In this document: positions 26,922-35,027 of the stretch, in pieces
How the letters are laid out: each line of letters starts with the position of its first letter
Numbering within the stretch: the first letter of the stretch is position 1
Origin: a virus
Virus record (IMG/VR): IMGVR_UViG_3300010965_000002
Coordinates: 1-64,000 of that record
DNA length: 64,000 bases
Strand: one strand, 5' to 3'
Program-made: the position numbers and the translations under genes
Notes under the pieces: model-generated
Told to the model about the DNA's origin: nothing
The model's input: only the letters and a program-made list of their open reading frames with translations
Databases searched by the model: none

Positions 26922-27089
26922 TCAGGTTTGCTCCACGAGGTCTGTGAACAGAAGGCGCAGAGCCTTTTTCGCAATACGTTTCCACTGCTTCTTTGGCTTG
27001 CCAGGTGCTGGTGCGCAACATGCACACTTCCAACCTCCGGGGCCAATTCCACGGCTTGTGACTTTGCGATAATAACCTTTTTCCATCAT
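26922..27089 (-). CDS. 55-aa basic small protein (MMEKGYYRKVTSRGIGPGGWKCACC...)
   Basis: GGAG SD; not in the ORF track. Confidence 0.65.
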   Translation of the reverse strand: MMEKGYYRKVTSRGIGPGGWKCACCAPAPGKPKKQWKRIAKKALRLLFTDLVEQT

Positions 27090-27136
27090 GTGCTCCAAGT
27101 AGTTCTACATACTTAGCATGATAGTCCTTTCAATGT

Positions 27137-27213
27137 TGGTCGGTGTGGCAAGAATCGAACTTGCGACCCTCTGCTCCCAAAGCAGATGCGCTACCAGGCT
27201 GCGCTACACACCG
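27137..27213 (-). tRNA. tRNA-Pro(UGG)
   Basis: CGGTGTG..TTTGGGA..CACACCG-A-CCA. Confidence 0.97.
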
Positions 27214-27224
27214 GGAATTAGATG

Positions 27225-27720
27225 GTTCAGTTCTGTGTTGCACCGTTACCATCGGTGACTGAGACAAGCACAAAACTTCCTTGACATCCACGCAGCGTCA
27301 CGAACTTGCTGGTTAGGCAGAGGTCAATAACGACTGACGCGCTTCATACCATTACTTTACACGACTACACCAAAAGGTCATCGTGTTGTCTTACGCAACC
27401 GCCGGGTCAGCGGTATTTACTGCCGTATCTCTTGCCTCAAGTGATGATCTACGGGCTGCGTTTCGTTGCATTTATCGTCGGCAACTCGTCAGAGACTACG
27501 ACTAGGCCAAAGGCCATCCACTGCAACGCGGATAATCTATAGGGTGTTTGCTTTTGGGCGGGGTAACACCAGCACTCCGTCAAGTGCGATCAAGCCCGAA
27601 CTTGTATATTCGCACCCACGGCTTTTCAGCCACACGTTCAGGCTGTCTGCGCACAACAACATTCCAAGCACTCAATGACGGTTGATACTGCTCGGGTTGA
27701 TGTGCTACAGTCAGCAATTG
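27225..27720 (-). ncRNA. Ornate structured RNA candidate of about 480 nt
   Basis: Ends closed by TGACTG/CAGTCA and AGCACA/TGTGCT (27256-72 with 27701-13); more than 10 internal hairpins; no credible ORF. Confidence 0.6.
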
Positions 27721-27741
27721 AATTAGGAATAGCAACATACG

Positions 27742-28314
27742 TTATGTTGTAAACGATTTAGGCAAGCTAGCCATCCACTTGTAGTAGGCAGCAGCAACCT
27801 GCAAGTTCCACTTCGCATCTTCATACGCCTTGTGAGCTACTTGGCTCAAGTCAGTGGCGTGGTGAACATGCACGTTCGTTTCCCGAATGGTACGCACATC
27901 ACGTTCCCGTCGGAATTTCCACAGAGGCTTTTCGTAGCCAATATCCAGTGCCATAGTCAACAGGATGCTGCAATCAAAGCTGAGGCCGTTAATCCACAGT
28001 TCATCAGAAGCAGCAACCTCTTTGGCGATGATGTCAAGACCAGTACGGGCGTCAACATCAACGTATTCGCTTTCACCGTACAGGCTCTTACGCAAGCCAT
28101 CAGGTGTACGCAGTCGTTCGTGAAACTCAATGGTGCCTGTACTAACAGTACGTTGCAACGCCATTTGCTCAAGGAAGTCAAAGCGAAACTTTGTACCGCC
28201 CGTTTCAACCACGTTGAATTCTTCGTCAAGTGTAGCCAGCACAATGGCGACTTCAAACACTTGGGAGCGCACTGAGGTGTCCAGTGTCTCAATATCCAAA
28301 CCAGCAAGTTTCAT
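27742..28314 (-). CDS. DEDDh 3'-5' exonuclease (DnaQ-like)
   Basis: GLDIETL, WINGLSFDCSIL, RDVRTI, HKAYEDA. Confidence 0.85.
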   Translation of the reverse strand: MKLAGLDIETLDTSVRSQVFEVAIVLATLDEEFNVVETGGTKFRFDFLEQMALQRTVSTGTIEFHERLRTPDGLRKSLYGESEYVDVDARTGLDIIAKEVAASDELWINGLSFDCSILLTMALDIGYEKPLWKFRRERDVRTIRETNVHVHHATDLSQVAHKAYEDAKWNLQVAAAYYKWMASLPKSFTT

Positions 28315-28416
28315 TTGAACCTTTCAGTGCTTGGCTTATAAAATTGGCGTTCACAAATTAGGTCGGTTGCATAGTAGGTTGCAGCTTGTAACCACAGCCC
28401 ACCATGCAAAGAACCA

Positions 28417-28911
28417 TTAGGCCGACAGCACTGTGTCTTTGAAGCCCTTCAACGCTCGAATCCGCAAACGCATACGGGCAGGCTTCACGTAAGCCGCTTT
28501 GCCAGGAGAGATAACGGTAGTACCACCGAAGCCCTTGACTTCTGTACCCTTCTTGACAGCGCCCATCTTCTGCTCTGGAATGTGAGTTACCGCAAAAGTC
28601 AGGCCGAGTGCTTTTACTTTACCTATGCCACGCTTCATCAAAGATGCCATCAACAAGTCTTGTAGCTTGTTAAGCATGGCCTTGGCTTGCTTAACTTCAC
28701 AGCCACCTGCTTCTGCTAGCATGACATTGAGTTCAGTTTGAGTGAAAGAACGTTTGCAAGGCTTCAAAGCAGGTGCTGCAGGAGCGGCGCGACGAACGAC
28801 TTTCTTCGTCACGACTTTCTTGGCAGATGCCGACTTCGAGGATTTTGCGACTGGTTTCGAGGACTTCGTGGACTTGGCTACTGCCTTCACCACTTTCTTG
28901 GTTGTTGCCAT
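28417..28911 (-). CDS. HU/IHF-like DNA-binding protein with Lys-rich N-terminal tail
   Basis: HU-like helices, G.GKVKALG.TF, PARMRLRIRALKGFKDTV. Confidence 0.8.
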   Translation of the reverse strand: MATTKKVVKAVAKSTKSSKPVAKSSKSASAKKVVTKKVVRRAAPAAPALKPCKRSFTQTELNVMLAEAGGCEVKQAKAMLNKLQDLLMASLMKRGIGKVKALGLTFAVTHIPEQKMGAVKKGTEVKGFGGTTVISPGKAAYVKPARMRLRIRALKGFKDTVLSA

Positions 28912-29053
28912 TTTTGGCTCCTTAGTTAAGCGGCTACAGCGTAGCCAGAGGATTACTGAATAACGGCAAAAGCAAACCATGCCGTAATAGGTGTTTGTTG
29001 GGTAACTTGCGCTACCCTTCTGCCAGCGTGCTAATTCGCTGTTGTTGCAACAA

Positions 29054-29737
29054 TTACTTTACAGTCTTTGCAGCAGCGGGTGCAGCAGGAGCTTTCTTGG
29101 CAGTCATTGCAGGCACGCTTTTGCCACTGGCAGCAGGCACATCAAGTGCGCCAGGACCAGTGGGGAACGGCCAGCCAGCAGTACCAGCAGCCTTTGTTTC
29201 CAATTTGGCTTTGGCTTTTTCTGCTTTGGCAGACAGCTTTGCAACTTTTGCATGTACCTTACGCACAGCTTTGGGCACGACAACGCCGTTGACCGTGTTC
29301 TTTGCCAGGCGTTTGGCTTCACGTTCTACCTCTTTGGCAGTTGGTGGGGTACGCAAGAATTCCGATACGCCCATCACATCCGTTTGTGCATCCAGAGGAG
29401 TCACATGCAGTTCTTTGCCAGCGGTTTGATGCTTGAGGGTTTCAATCGTCACATAACCACGGGCGCTGACCTTTTGGTGAGCACGCTTTTCAACCAAGAA
29501 AGTTGCCAGCAAAGGTAACAACTTGAAGTTTACACGTTCACGCTTTGGCAGTTCTTGCGTAGGCATCTTGCCAAACGACTGCAGGACAAAGTATTTGCCC
29601 TTCTCGCCAGCCACTTCATTCGTGTGGTTAACTGGAGAGCCGGGCACTGGCTTTACGATTGCAACTTTTCCAACTGTGACCTTTGCAAGTGCAAAGGTAG
29701 TTTTGATTGCAGGCTTTGTTGCTTTGGACTTCGACAT
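29054..29737 (-). CDS. Basic hypothetical protein
   Basis: Lys/Ala-rich ORF with GGA SD. Confidence 0.7.
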   Translation of the reverse strand: MSKSKATKPAIKTTFALAKVTVGKVAIVKPVPGSPVNHTNEVAGEKGKYFVLQSFGKMPTQELPKRERVNFKLLPLLATFLVEKRAHQKVSARGYVTIETLKHQTAGKELHVTPLDAQTDVMGVSEFLRTPPTAKEVEREAKRLAKNTVNGVVVPKAVRKVHAKVAKLSAKAEKAKAKLETKAAGTAGWPFPTGPGALDVPAASGKSVPAMTAKKAPAAPAAAKTVK

Positions 29738-29851
29738 GGTGATTCCTTTCGGTACGCTGAGTACCTACTTGCGGTTGAGGAGACTAGAACATCAACCAGA
29801 TTGATAAAAGCGTCTAGTACGCAAAATTGGTGGCAAATAGTCGATAGCTCT

Positions 29852-29945
29852 ATTGTACCACACTTTTTTGCACTGTAAACCAGTATTTTCGTGCTTTTTT
29901 TTCGCTATTTTAGCGGTTTTTTCACGTTTTTGGCAGTTTTTCGAT
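29852..29945 (-). promoter_or_regulatory. sigma70 promoter with upstream phased A-tracts
   Basis: TTTACA (29874-79)-16 bp-TACAAT (29852-57). Confidence 0.8.
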
Positions 29946-30164
29946 GTATTCCACGACTTGGGACATGGTTTTCAGTCCCTCAGCCGTATCATCAGCGATT
30001 TCAATGCCAAATTCATCTTCAAGGGCCATAACCAGTTCGATGGTGTCCAGAGAGTCAGCGCCGAGGTCAGAAATGAAGTTGCTTTCCATTGTGACCGTTT
30101 GTGGGTCAATGCCAAGTTGTTCGCCTACGATCTTGGCAACACGTTGTTGGAGTTCGATAGTCAT
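29922..30164 (-). CDS. acpP: Acyl carrier protein
   Basis: [24 protein letters not shown] with phosphopantetheine Ser. Confidence 0.93.
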   Translation of the reverse strand: MTIELQQRVAKIVGEQLGIDPQTVTMESNFISDLGADSLDTIELVMALEDEFGIEIADDTAEGLKTMSQVVEYIEKLPKT

Positions 30165-30172
30165 AGTCGTCC

Positions 30173-31144
30173 TTACTTCTTCTTGGCAACGGCTGCAACA
30201 GGCAATTCGTACCAAGGCCACTTGCCCTTGTTGTCGCTTTGCACAGCTTGCCACTTCTTGTGCGTACCTGTGGTTTCTTTGAGTTCGTCAATGGCCGACA
30301 AAGCGCATGAACGGAAGGCGGCCAGTGCTGCAACCATCTTAGGTGTCTTGTACTCGCGGGTCACCAAGTTTGCTTCGGTAGCCATACTCTTGATACCTGC
30401 GGCATTCATCTTGCCGTAGTTCAAAGTAGCGGGACGGTAGATGTCTTTGAGCGTAGTAACCAAAGCAGGTGAGAAACCAAGCAGCTTGTAGCGACCGTCC
30501 AAAGCAGACACCGACGGCAGAGGCGCACCACCAACATAGACGATTGCTTGCACTTCGCCTGCATCCAGTGCCGCACGCAGCTTGTCACCGTTTTCAAACA
30601 ACACGACTTCGTAGTTGACGTTACCTTCTGCACGAATCAGACGGGCCGTAACCATGCTGCCACTATTTCCAACCACACCCACACGGTAGCCAGCCAACTG
30701 GTCAACTTGTGTGAAGGTCACAGCTTCTTGCTTGATGCGAATGGTGCCTACGCCGATACCACCAGCTTTCACGCCAGAGTCAGCAGGTGCGACAAAATGG
30801 ATTTCTTCGGGATGCAATGCAACCAGCGTCTTGACAGCGTTCAAGTCCTCAGTACGCTTGCGCCAGAACAACACATCGGTTTGAACGATGCCTGCATTGA
30901 TTTCGTTGTTTAACAGACGGTCAACGCTTTCGACCGAGCCTTTGCTTTGTACTTCGGTCAGCGTCAGGTCACCAGTGCAACGTGCCTTGAGTTCACGGAA
31001 CATGGTCACGTAGGTGCTGCAACTGTCTTTGACACACTCGCCCGTGGCGACTTTGAGTTCGGCCTGTTGGGCTTGCGCACCACCATAAGCCATTGCAAAC
31101 GCCAGGGACATACCGGCAATACGGATTGAGTTAGAAACTTTCAT
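30173..31144 (-). CDS. TAXI-family TRAP solute receptor-like protein
   Basis: Signal peptide; [21 protein letters not shown]. Confidence 0.8.
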   Translation of the reverse strand: MKVSNSIRIAGMSLAFAMAYGGAQAQQAELKVATGECVKDSCSTYVTMFRELKARCTGDLTLTEVQSKGSVESVDRLLNNEINAGIVQTDVLFWRKRTEDLNAVKTLVALHPEEIHFVAPADSGVKAGGIGVGTIRIKQEAVTFTQVDQLAGYRVGVVGNSGSMVTARLIRAEGNVNYEVVLFENGDKLRAALDAGEVQAIVYVGGAPLPSVSALDGRYKLLGFSPALVTTLKDIYRPATLNYGKMNAAGIKSMATEANLVTREYKTPKMVAALAAFRSCALSAIDELKETTGTHKKWQAVQSDNKGKWPWYELPVAAVAKKK

Positions 31145-31185
31145 TTGAATACCTATTTGGTTGAAAAAAAAACAACGTAGGAAGA

Positions 31186-31347
31186 TCAGTTGATCTTCAT
31201 ACCCTTCATGGAAGAATCTTCTTCCGATTGCACAGGGCGCACGTTCTTGCCTTTGTTAGGCTCAACATCGCTCTCTGCAATGAACAACACCAGTACCAGC
31301 ATAATCAGTACCAGCAAAGACCCGATAAGACGAAAAATCCAGTTCAT
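31186..31347 (-). CDS. 53-aa single-TM protein
   Basis: MNWIFRLIGSLLVLIMLVLVLFIAE..; coupled to upstream stop. Confidence 0.65.
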   Translation of the reverse strand: MNWIFRLIGSLLVLIMLVLVLFIAESDVEPNKGKNVRPVQSEEDSSMKGMKIN

Positions 31348-32099
31348 CGTGCATACTCCTTTTGACGAACGTTAATGTCAACCACCATTGATTCATCACC
31401 GTCCGGTGGAGGTAACGATGGAGGCATGTACTCACCTGGGTTATCCATGAGTTCAGTTTGCATTTCGGCGAATGCCTTGTTAAGACTGTGCTGCACACTT
31501 TCGATAGCAGTCTCAGTCTTGATCTTGGCGTAAACGTCTTCGCCTTCCATGCCAGCAGCTTCGTTTAATGCTTGTGCAGCCAGGCTCATTTGCCAGATAG
31601 CATCAGCACGTCTAATCTCAGCCTCGAACTGTTCAAGTTCACCTTTGACTTGCTTGTACTTAGCTTCACGCCGGGCAAGCAGCATTTCCATACCTTGGAG
31701 TTGTCGAATAAATTTCTCAACATCTTTGGGGAACTGCACTTTGAACATTTCTACCTTGTCAGCAAAGCCGGAGACTTCGGTACGAAAGGCAGTAATACGC
31801 TCCTTGAAAGCCGCCTTGTCAGCCATACGCGCTTGAAACACATTCTGCAATGTCTCAATAGGATTGCGATTAGCCTCCGCTTTGATTGCCTTGAGCTTCC
31901 AGTTGGCAAACTTCATACTGACGGCAGGCGCAAAGTTGACCACGGCCAATCCGATCACCGCAGCCACCACCAGACCAATGGCACCCTTGACCACCAAGAA
32001 GATGATAGGTGACACAATCAGAGCCGCAATGAATGCAAGGCTCCACTTAGCGATAGACGCTATACGTTGCTTTTTTACAGCAAATTCTTTCAAGTTCAT
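31344..32099 (-). CDS. Membrane-anchored coiled-coil protein (PspA-like, tentative)
   Basis: Two N-terminal TM helices then a long coiled coil. Confidence 0.6.
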   Translation of the reverse strand: MNLKEFAVKKQRIASIAKWSLAFIAALIVSPIIFLVVKGAIGLVVAAVIGLAVVNFAPAVSMKFANWKLKAIKAEANRNPIETLQNVFQARMADKAAFKERITAFRTEVSGFADKVEMFKVQFPKDVEKFIRQLQGMEMLLARREAKYKQVKGELEQFEAEIRRADAIWQMSLAAQALNEAAGMEGEDVYAKIKTETAIESVQHSLNKAFAEMQTELMDNPGEYMPPSLPPPDGDESMVVDINVRQKEYAR

Positions 32100-32106
32100 A
32101 CTGGCC

Positions 32107-32805
32107 TCACTTCTTTGTGTCTTCACGAGGAGACGTTTCAACCACGATCTTCGCAGCGCCCGCTTTTGCGATTGCTAGACGTTGACCAAAATCCAGCAAG
32201 CCTTTTGCCTTATAGACGTTGACCGCTGTAGCAGCATCAATAGCCATACGAGTTTGTTCGTCTGGGATAGTAATGAACGTAATGCTGTTCAAATGCACAC
32301 CACGCGATTCGAGGACTTTGTTCGCCTGAGCAAACAACTGATCTTCAAATGTCGAAGGATTGAAGTCCACAATGTCATGCTTCAAAGTGGCCTCGGTCAC
32401 GATGTCGCGCAGGCGCACATCAATCACAACGTTCTCAGCCGTTTCAAAGGCCGACATCTTTGTGTTAGCCGCCGCGTCAGCCGCCGAACCAGACTTGCCG
32501 AGGAACTTGGCTTCCTTGATGAACTTCAAGCCATCGACAATTTCGTAGTCATAGGCGATCTTGATCTTGACCAATACGTTGCCAGCGAACTGAGCTTGAA
32601 ACTCCGTGTCACCTTGCATCGGATAGTCAGGCAACACAGTTTTGTACTCACACGTTCCAACAGAGGTTGGTACACGTTGACCTGCGGCCACCACAGTCCA
32701 CGATACACCGCAGTCTGTAGTCACGAGGGTTTTGACATTGGAAGGCGCTCGATCACACGCCGCCAACAGAGCGATAACGCCCAAGAGAAGAATTTTCTTA
32801 ATCAC
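32107..32805 (-). CDS. SPFH/band-7-like lipoprotein
   Basis: Lipobox LLAAC; SPFH-like core; GTG start. Confidence 0.6.
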   Translation of the reverse strand: MIKKILLLGVIALLAACDRAPSNVKTLVTTDCGVSWTVVAAGQRVPTSVGTCEYKTVLPDYPMQGDTEFQAQFAGNVLVKIKIAYDYEIVDGLKFIKEAKFLGKSGSAADAAANTKMSAFETAENVVIDVRLRDIVTEATLKHDIVDFNPSTFEDQLFAQANKVLESRGVHLNSITFITIPDEQTRMAIDAATAVNVYKAKGLLDFGQRLAIAKAGAAKIVVETSPREDTKK

Positions 32806-33017
32806 GATGGAACCTTTCCAGAAAAGATTGAATAACCGAACTTGCCAAGCCAAAGGGCCAGCATCACACCTACAAAGACAGCCAGCGCCAGCAGCATAAT
32901 GCTGATAATGCTAGACCCGTACAAACCGCCGTGCAGCACATAGGAACCAGCTTCGGTACCTATGTACACAACCAGCATCAACGCGATGAACATCACGATT
33001 GCGCCTATGAATTTCAT
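32802..33017 (-). CDS. Small two-TM membrane protein
   Basis: Hydrophobic ORF with GGAG SD. Confidence 0.65.
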   Translation of the reverse strand: MKFIGAIVMFIALMLVVYIGTEAGSYVLHGGLYGSSIISIMLLALAVFVGVMLALWLGKFGYSIFSGKVPS

Positions 33018-33038
33018 TATGTGCTCCAAAGAAATGAG

Positions 33039-33084
33039 TGGTAGGCCGTGTTGGATTTGAACCAACGACCAAAGGATTATGAGT
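33039..33084 (-). pseudogene. 3' half (positions 31-76) of interrupted tRNA(CAU), probably Ile2
   Basis: ACTCATAATCCTTTGGTCGTTGGTTCAAATCCAACACGGCCTACCA complements the 5' half at 33574-33604. Confidence 0.92.
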
Positions 33085-33161
33085 TGGTAGGCTAGGTCGG
33101 ATTCTAACCGACGATCAACGGCTTATGAGGCCGCTGCTTTAGGACTCTAAGCTACTAGCCC
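33085..33161 (-). tRNA. Nested intact tRNA(CAU), probably Ile2
   Basis: 77-nt cloverleaf, loop CTCATAA, C4-G69, A73, CCA; no initiator features. Confidence 0.9.
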
Positions 33162-33568
33162 TCACGGAAAATGTTACCTACTTGCCATCTTGACAGTTTC
33201 AAGAGCTTGGCAATATCTACAAAAGTGTTGCCTTGGTTACGCAACTTAGTAATACGTCTGTGCAAGTGCCTTGGTCTAGCATGTCCAGACTCCACTACTG
33301 CCTTTCTTCGATTTTTAATAGGTGTTAGTATTTGGAGATTGTCTATAGCGTCATTCGACTTGTCACCGTCAATATGGTCAGCTTCCTCGTGTTTGCCAAG
33401 GATGCGACCGTGTTTAACAGAGAGTTTGTACTTAGCCATCGTTATGGTTGTACGCCTTAGCGTGTAGCCAGCAAGGGGCACCAAACACACGTACCACCTG
33501 CATTCTTTCTTGTGCCATACTCGATAGCCTTTGTAACCGACAAATGGGTGTTTAAGAATCTTTGCCAT
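33155..33568 (-). CDS. HNH homing endonuclease with C-terminal HTH
   Basis: ADHIDGDKSNDAIDNLQILT..N (HNH motif); TFVDIAKLLKLSRWQVGNI HTH. Confidence 0.9.
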   Translation of the reverse strand: MAKILKHPFVGYKGYRVWHKKECRWYVCLVPLAGYTLRRTTITMAKYKLSVKHGRILGKHEEADHIDGDKSNDAIDNLQILTPIKNRRKAVVESGHARPRHLHRRITKLRNQGNTFVDIAKLLKLSRWQVGNIFREG

Positions 33569-33573
33569 ACTAA

Positions 33574-33604
33574 CCTCTGCTCTAACCAACTGAGCTAACG
33601 GCCC
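33574..33604 (-). pseudogene. 5' half (positions 1-30) of interrupted tRNA(CAU)
   Basis: GGGCCGTTAGCTCAGTTGGTTAGAGCAGAGG. Confidence 0.92.
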
Positions 33605-33610
33605 TACGTG

Positions 33611-34084
33611 TTATCGCTTCAACGGATAGAAGATACCTTCGTGCTTTATCCGTGTCTTACATACGTCGCGTTGCAGTTTAACGTATTCGTGCAAAGGCAC
33701 CAGCGTTTCATTGTGCTGCACCAGATCATCGTAGTATGCCCACCAAGCGCCAGGCTCAAGCAGTTCAGCCGGAATGACTCCGGGACGAATACTACCTGTG
33801 ACATTCAGCTTGACTGACACCAACATCACTTCTTGGGTATGCCATTGCTTATGCGCATCAGGCTCCATATCCAGAATAGCTTGCTGGTGCATACCACAGC
33901 CTTCTGTGTTCGGCCCTTTAATCCAAGTGCTGTACCAACCACGCATCAAGTCGAACCCACGGCTGCTCTTGCATTCAGCTTCCGAGGATTCAATTCCAAC
34001 AATGATTTCTCTGTGAAGCTCTGGAACATCATCACTCCAGGGCGTCATACCCAAACCCTCAAAGAGGGCATCGAAACATAACAT
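33611..34084 (-). CDS. Hypothetical protein
   Basis: AGGAG SD. Confidence 0.7.
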   Translation of the reverse strand: MLCFDALFEGLGMTPWSDDVPELHREIIVGIESSEAECKSSRGFDLMRGWYSTWIKGPNTEGCGMHQQAILDMEPDAHKQWHTQEVMLVSVKLNVTGSIRPGVIPAELLEPGAWWAYYDDLVQHNETLVPLHEYVKLQRDVCKTRIKHEGIFYPLKR

Positions 34085-34099
34085 AACTTCTCCTTTTAG

Positions 34100-34546
34100 C
34101 TATTCAACGTCTTTCCACTTTTTGTTTTTCCGATTAGCCAAACGTTTTTGCTTGACAACCGTGCCCTGGTCAATCTTGACCTTGAACAGTGCATAGCCAT
34201 CAGGCGGCGCTTTGCTACGGCCTTCTTCTTCCGTCAAGTAAAGGCGTGTCTTGTGGAAGATTGCATCCTCCGCCGTCTTGCCAATAACGAAACGCACACC
34301 TTCCGGCGTGTCCACTACGCGACGAGGCAGTTCTTTGCCGTGCTTTTGGCACCCGGCCATGAACAACTCAAAGAGTTCTTGAGGAATGCTCAGTCCATTT
34401 TTGGTGGGCTTGAACTCTTTGCTGCCGCCGAATTGTTTGTACTCACGAATGTCAAGGCGCGTCACATTCTGGTACTCAGATGCCTGAATACGAATTTGTG
34501 TGTGCGGTGCCTTGGTGATGATTGTCGGTGATTTGAAATCAGCCAT
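34100..34546 (-). CDS. PC4/YdbC-like ssDNA-binding domain protein
   Basis: IQASEYQNVTRLDIREY..KPTKNGLSIP. Confidence 0.75.
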   Translation of the reverse strand: MADFKSPTIITKAPHTQIRIQASEYQNVTRLDIREYKQFGGSKEFKPTKNGLSIPQELFELFMAGCQKHGKELPRRVVDTPEGVRFVIGKTAEDAIFHKTRLYLTEEEGRSKAPPDGYALFKVKIDQGTVVKQKRLANRKNKKWKDVE

Positions 34547-35027
34547 TGCTATCTCCAGGTTGTTGAACGCTTTGTGCGTGTTCAGTATTTACAGTCCAGA
34601 CTTCGCCACGGTCAAGGCCGTTGCCAGCAGGTGCACCGTCTTGCTTTTGCAAGTCCCAAACACGGCTGCATTCTTCTTCGGTTGGCACGCCCATTGGAAA
34701 GGCCATCGTCCAATCGTTGATTACGACCATGCGTTTGTCCTGCGCCAGCCACATTTCGCGCAGTGTCCACGCCCACTGCACAATGCTGCCAGGGCTGCCG
34801 TTGGACAACACCACGCACCACAGGGCCAGAAACAGACTGATCTTGACTTCACCAAGATCAAGGCGACTCAGCAAGACTTTACCGAGGAAACCAATCTCTT
34901 GAGCTTTATCAGGTGTGAACGGCTGTACGTTGCCTTGCATTTCACCCATAAGCAAACGAATGAACATTTCGGACTGTTCTTTGTCCATTGGCTGGGTCTT
35001 AGTTTTCAACAGCGACGGGAATGACAT
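34539..35027 (-). CDS. Hypothetical protein
   Basis: ORF. Confidence 0.65.
   Translation of the reverse strand: MSFPSLLKTKTQPMDKEQSEMFIRLLMGEMQGNVQPFTPDKAQEIGFLGKVLLSRLDLGEVKISLFLALWCVVLSNGSPGSIVQWAWTLREMWLAQDKRMVVINDWTMAFPMGVPTEEECSRVWDLQKQDGAPAGNGLDRGEVWTVNTEHAQSVQQPGDSNG

Larger units (their letters stand above)
33085..33573 (-). mobile_element. 489-bp HNH plus replacement-tRNA cassette inserted in a tRNA gene
   Basis: Removing 33085-33573 restores a perfect 77-nt tRNA(CAU). Confidence 0.85.

Noticed and set aside
24825-27720. RNase P RNA, 6S RNA or SRP RNA among the non-coding segments
   Set aside because: Signature sequences (e.g. RNase P GAGGAAAGTCC, SRP GGAA-loop motif) were not found by eye.
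33085-33573. Insert as a self-splicing group I/II intron
   Set aside because: It sits after G30 rather than U33, ends in CCA rather than G, and is filled by an ORF plus a tRNA with no room for a ribozyme core.
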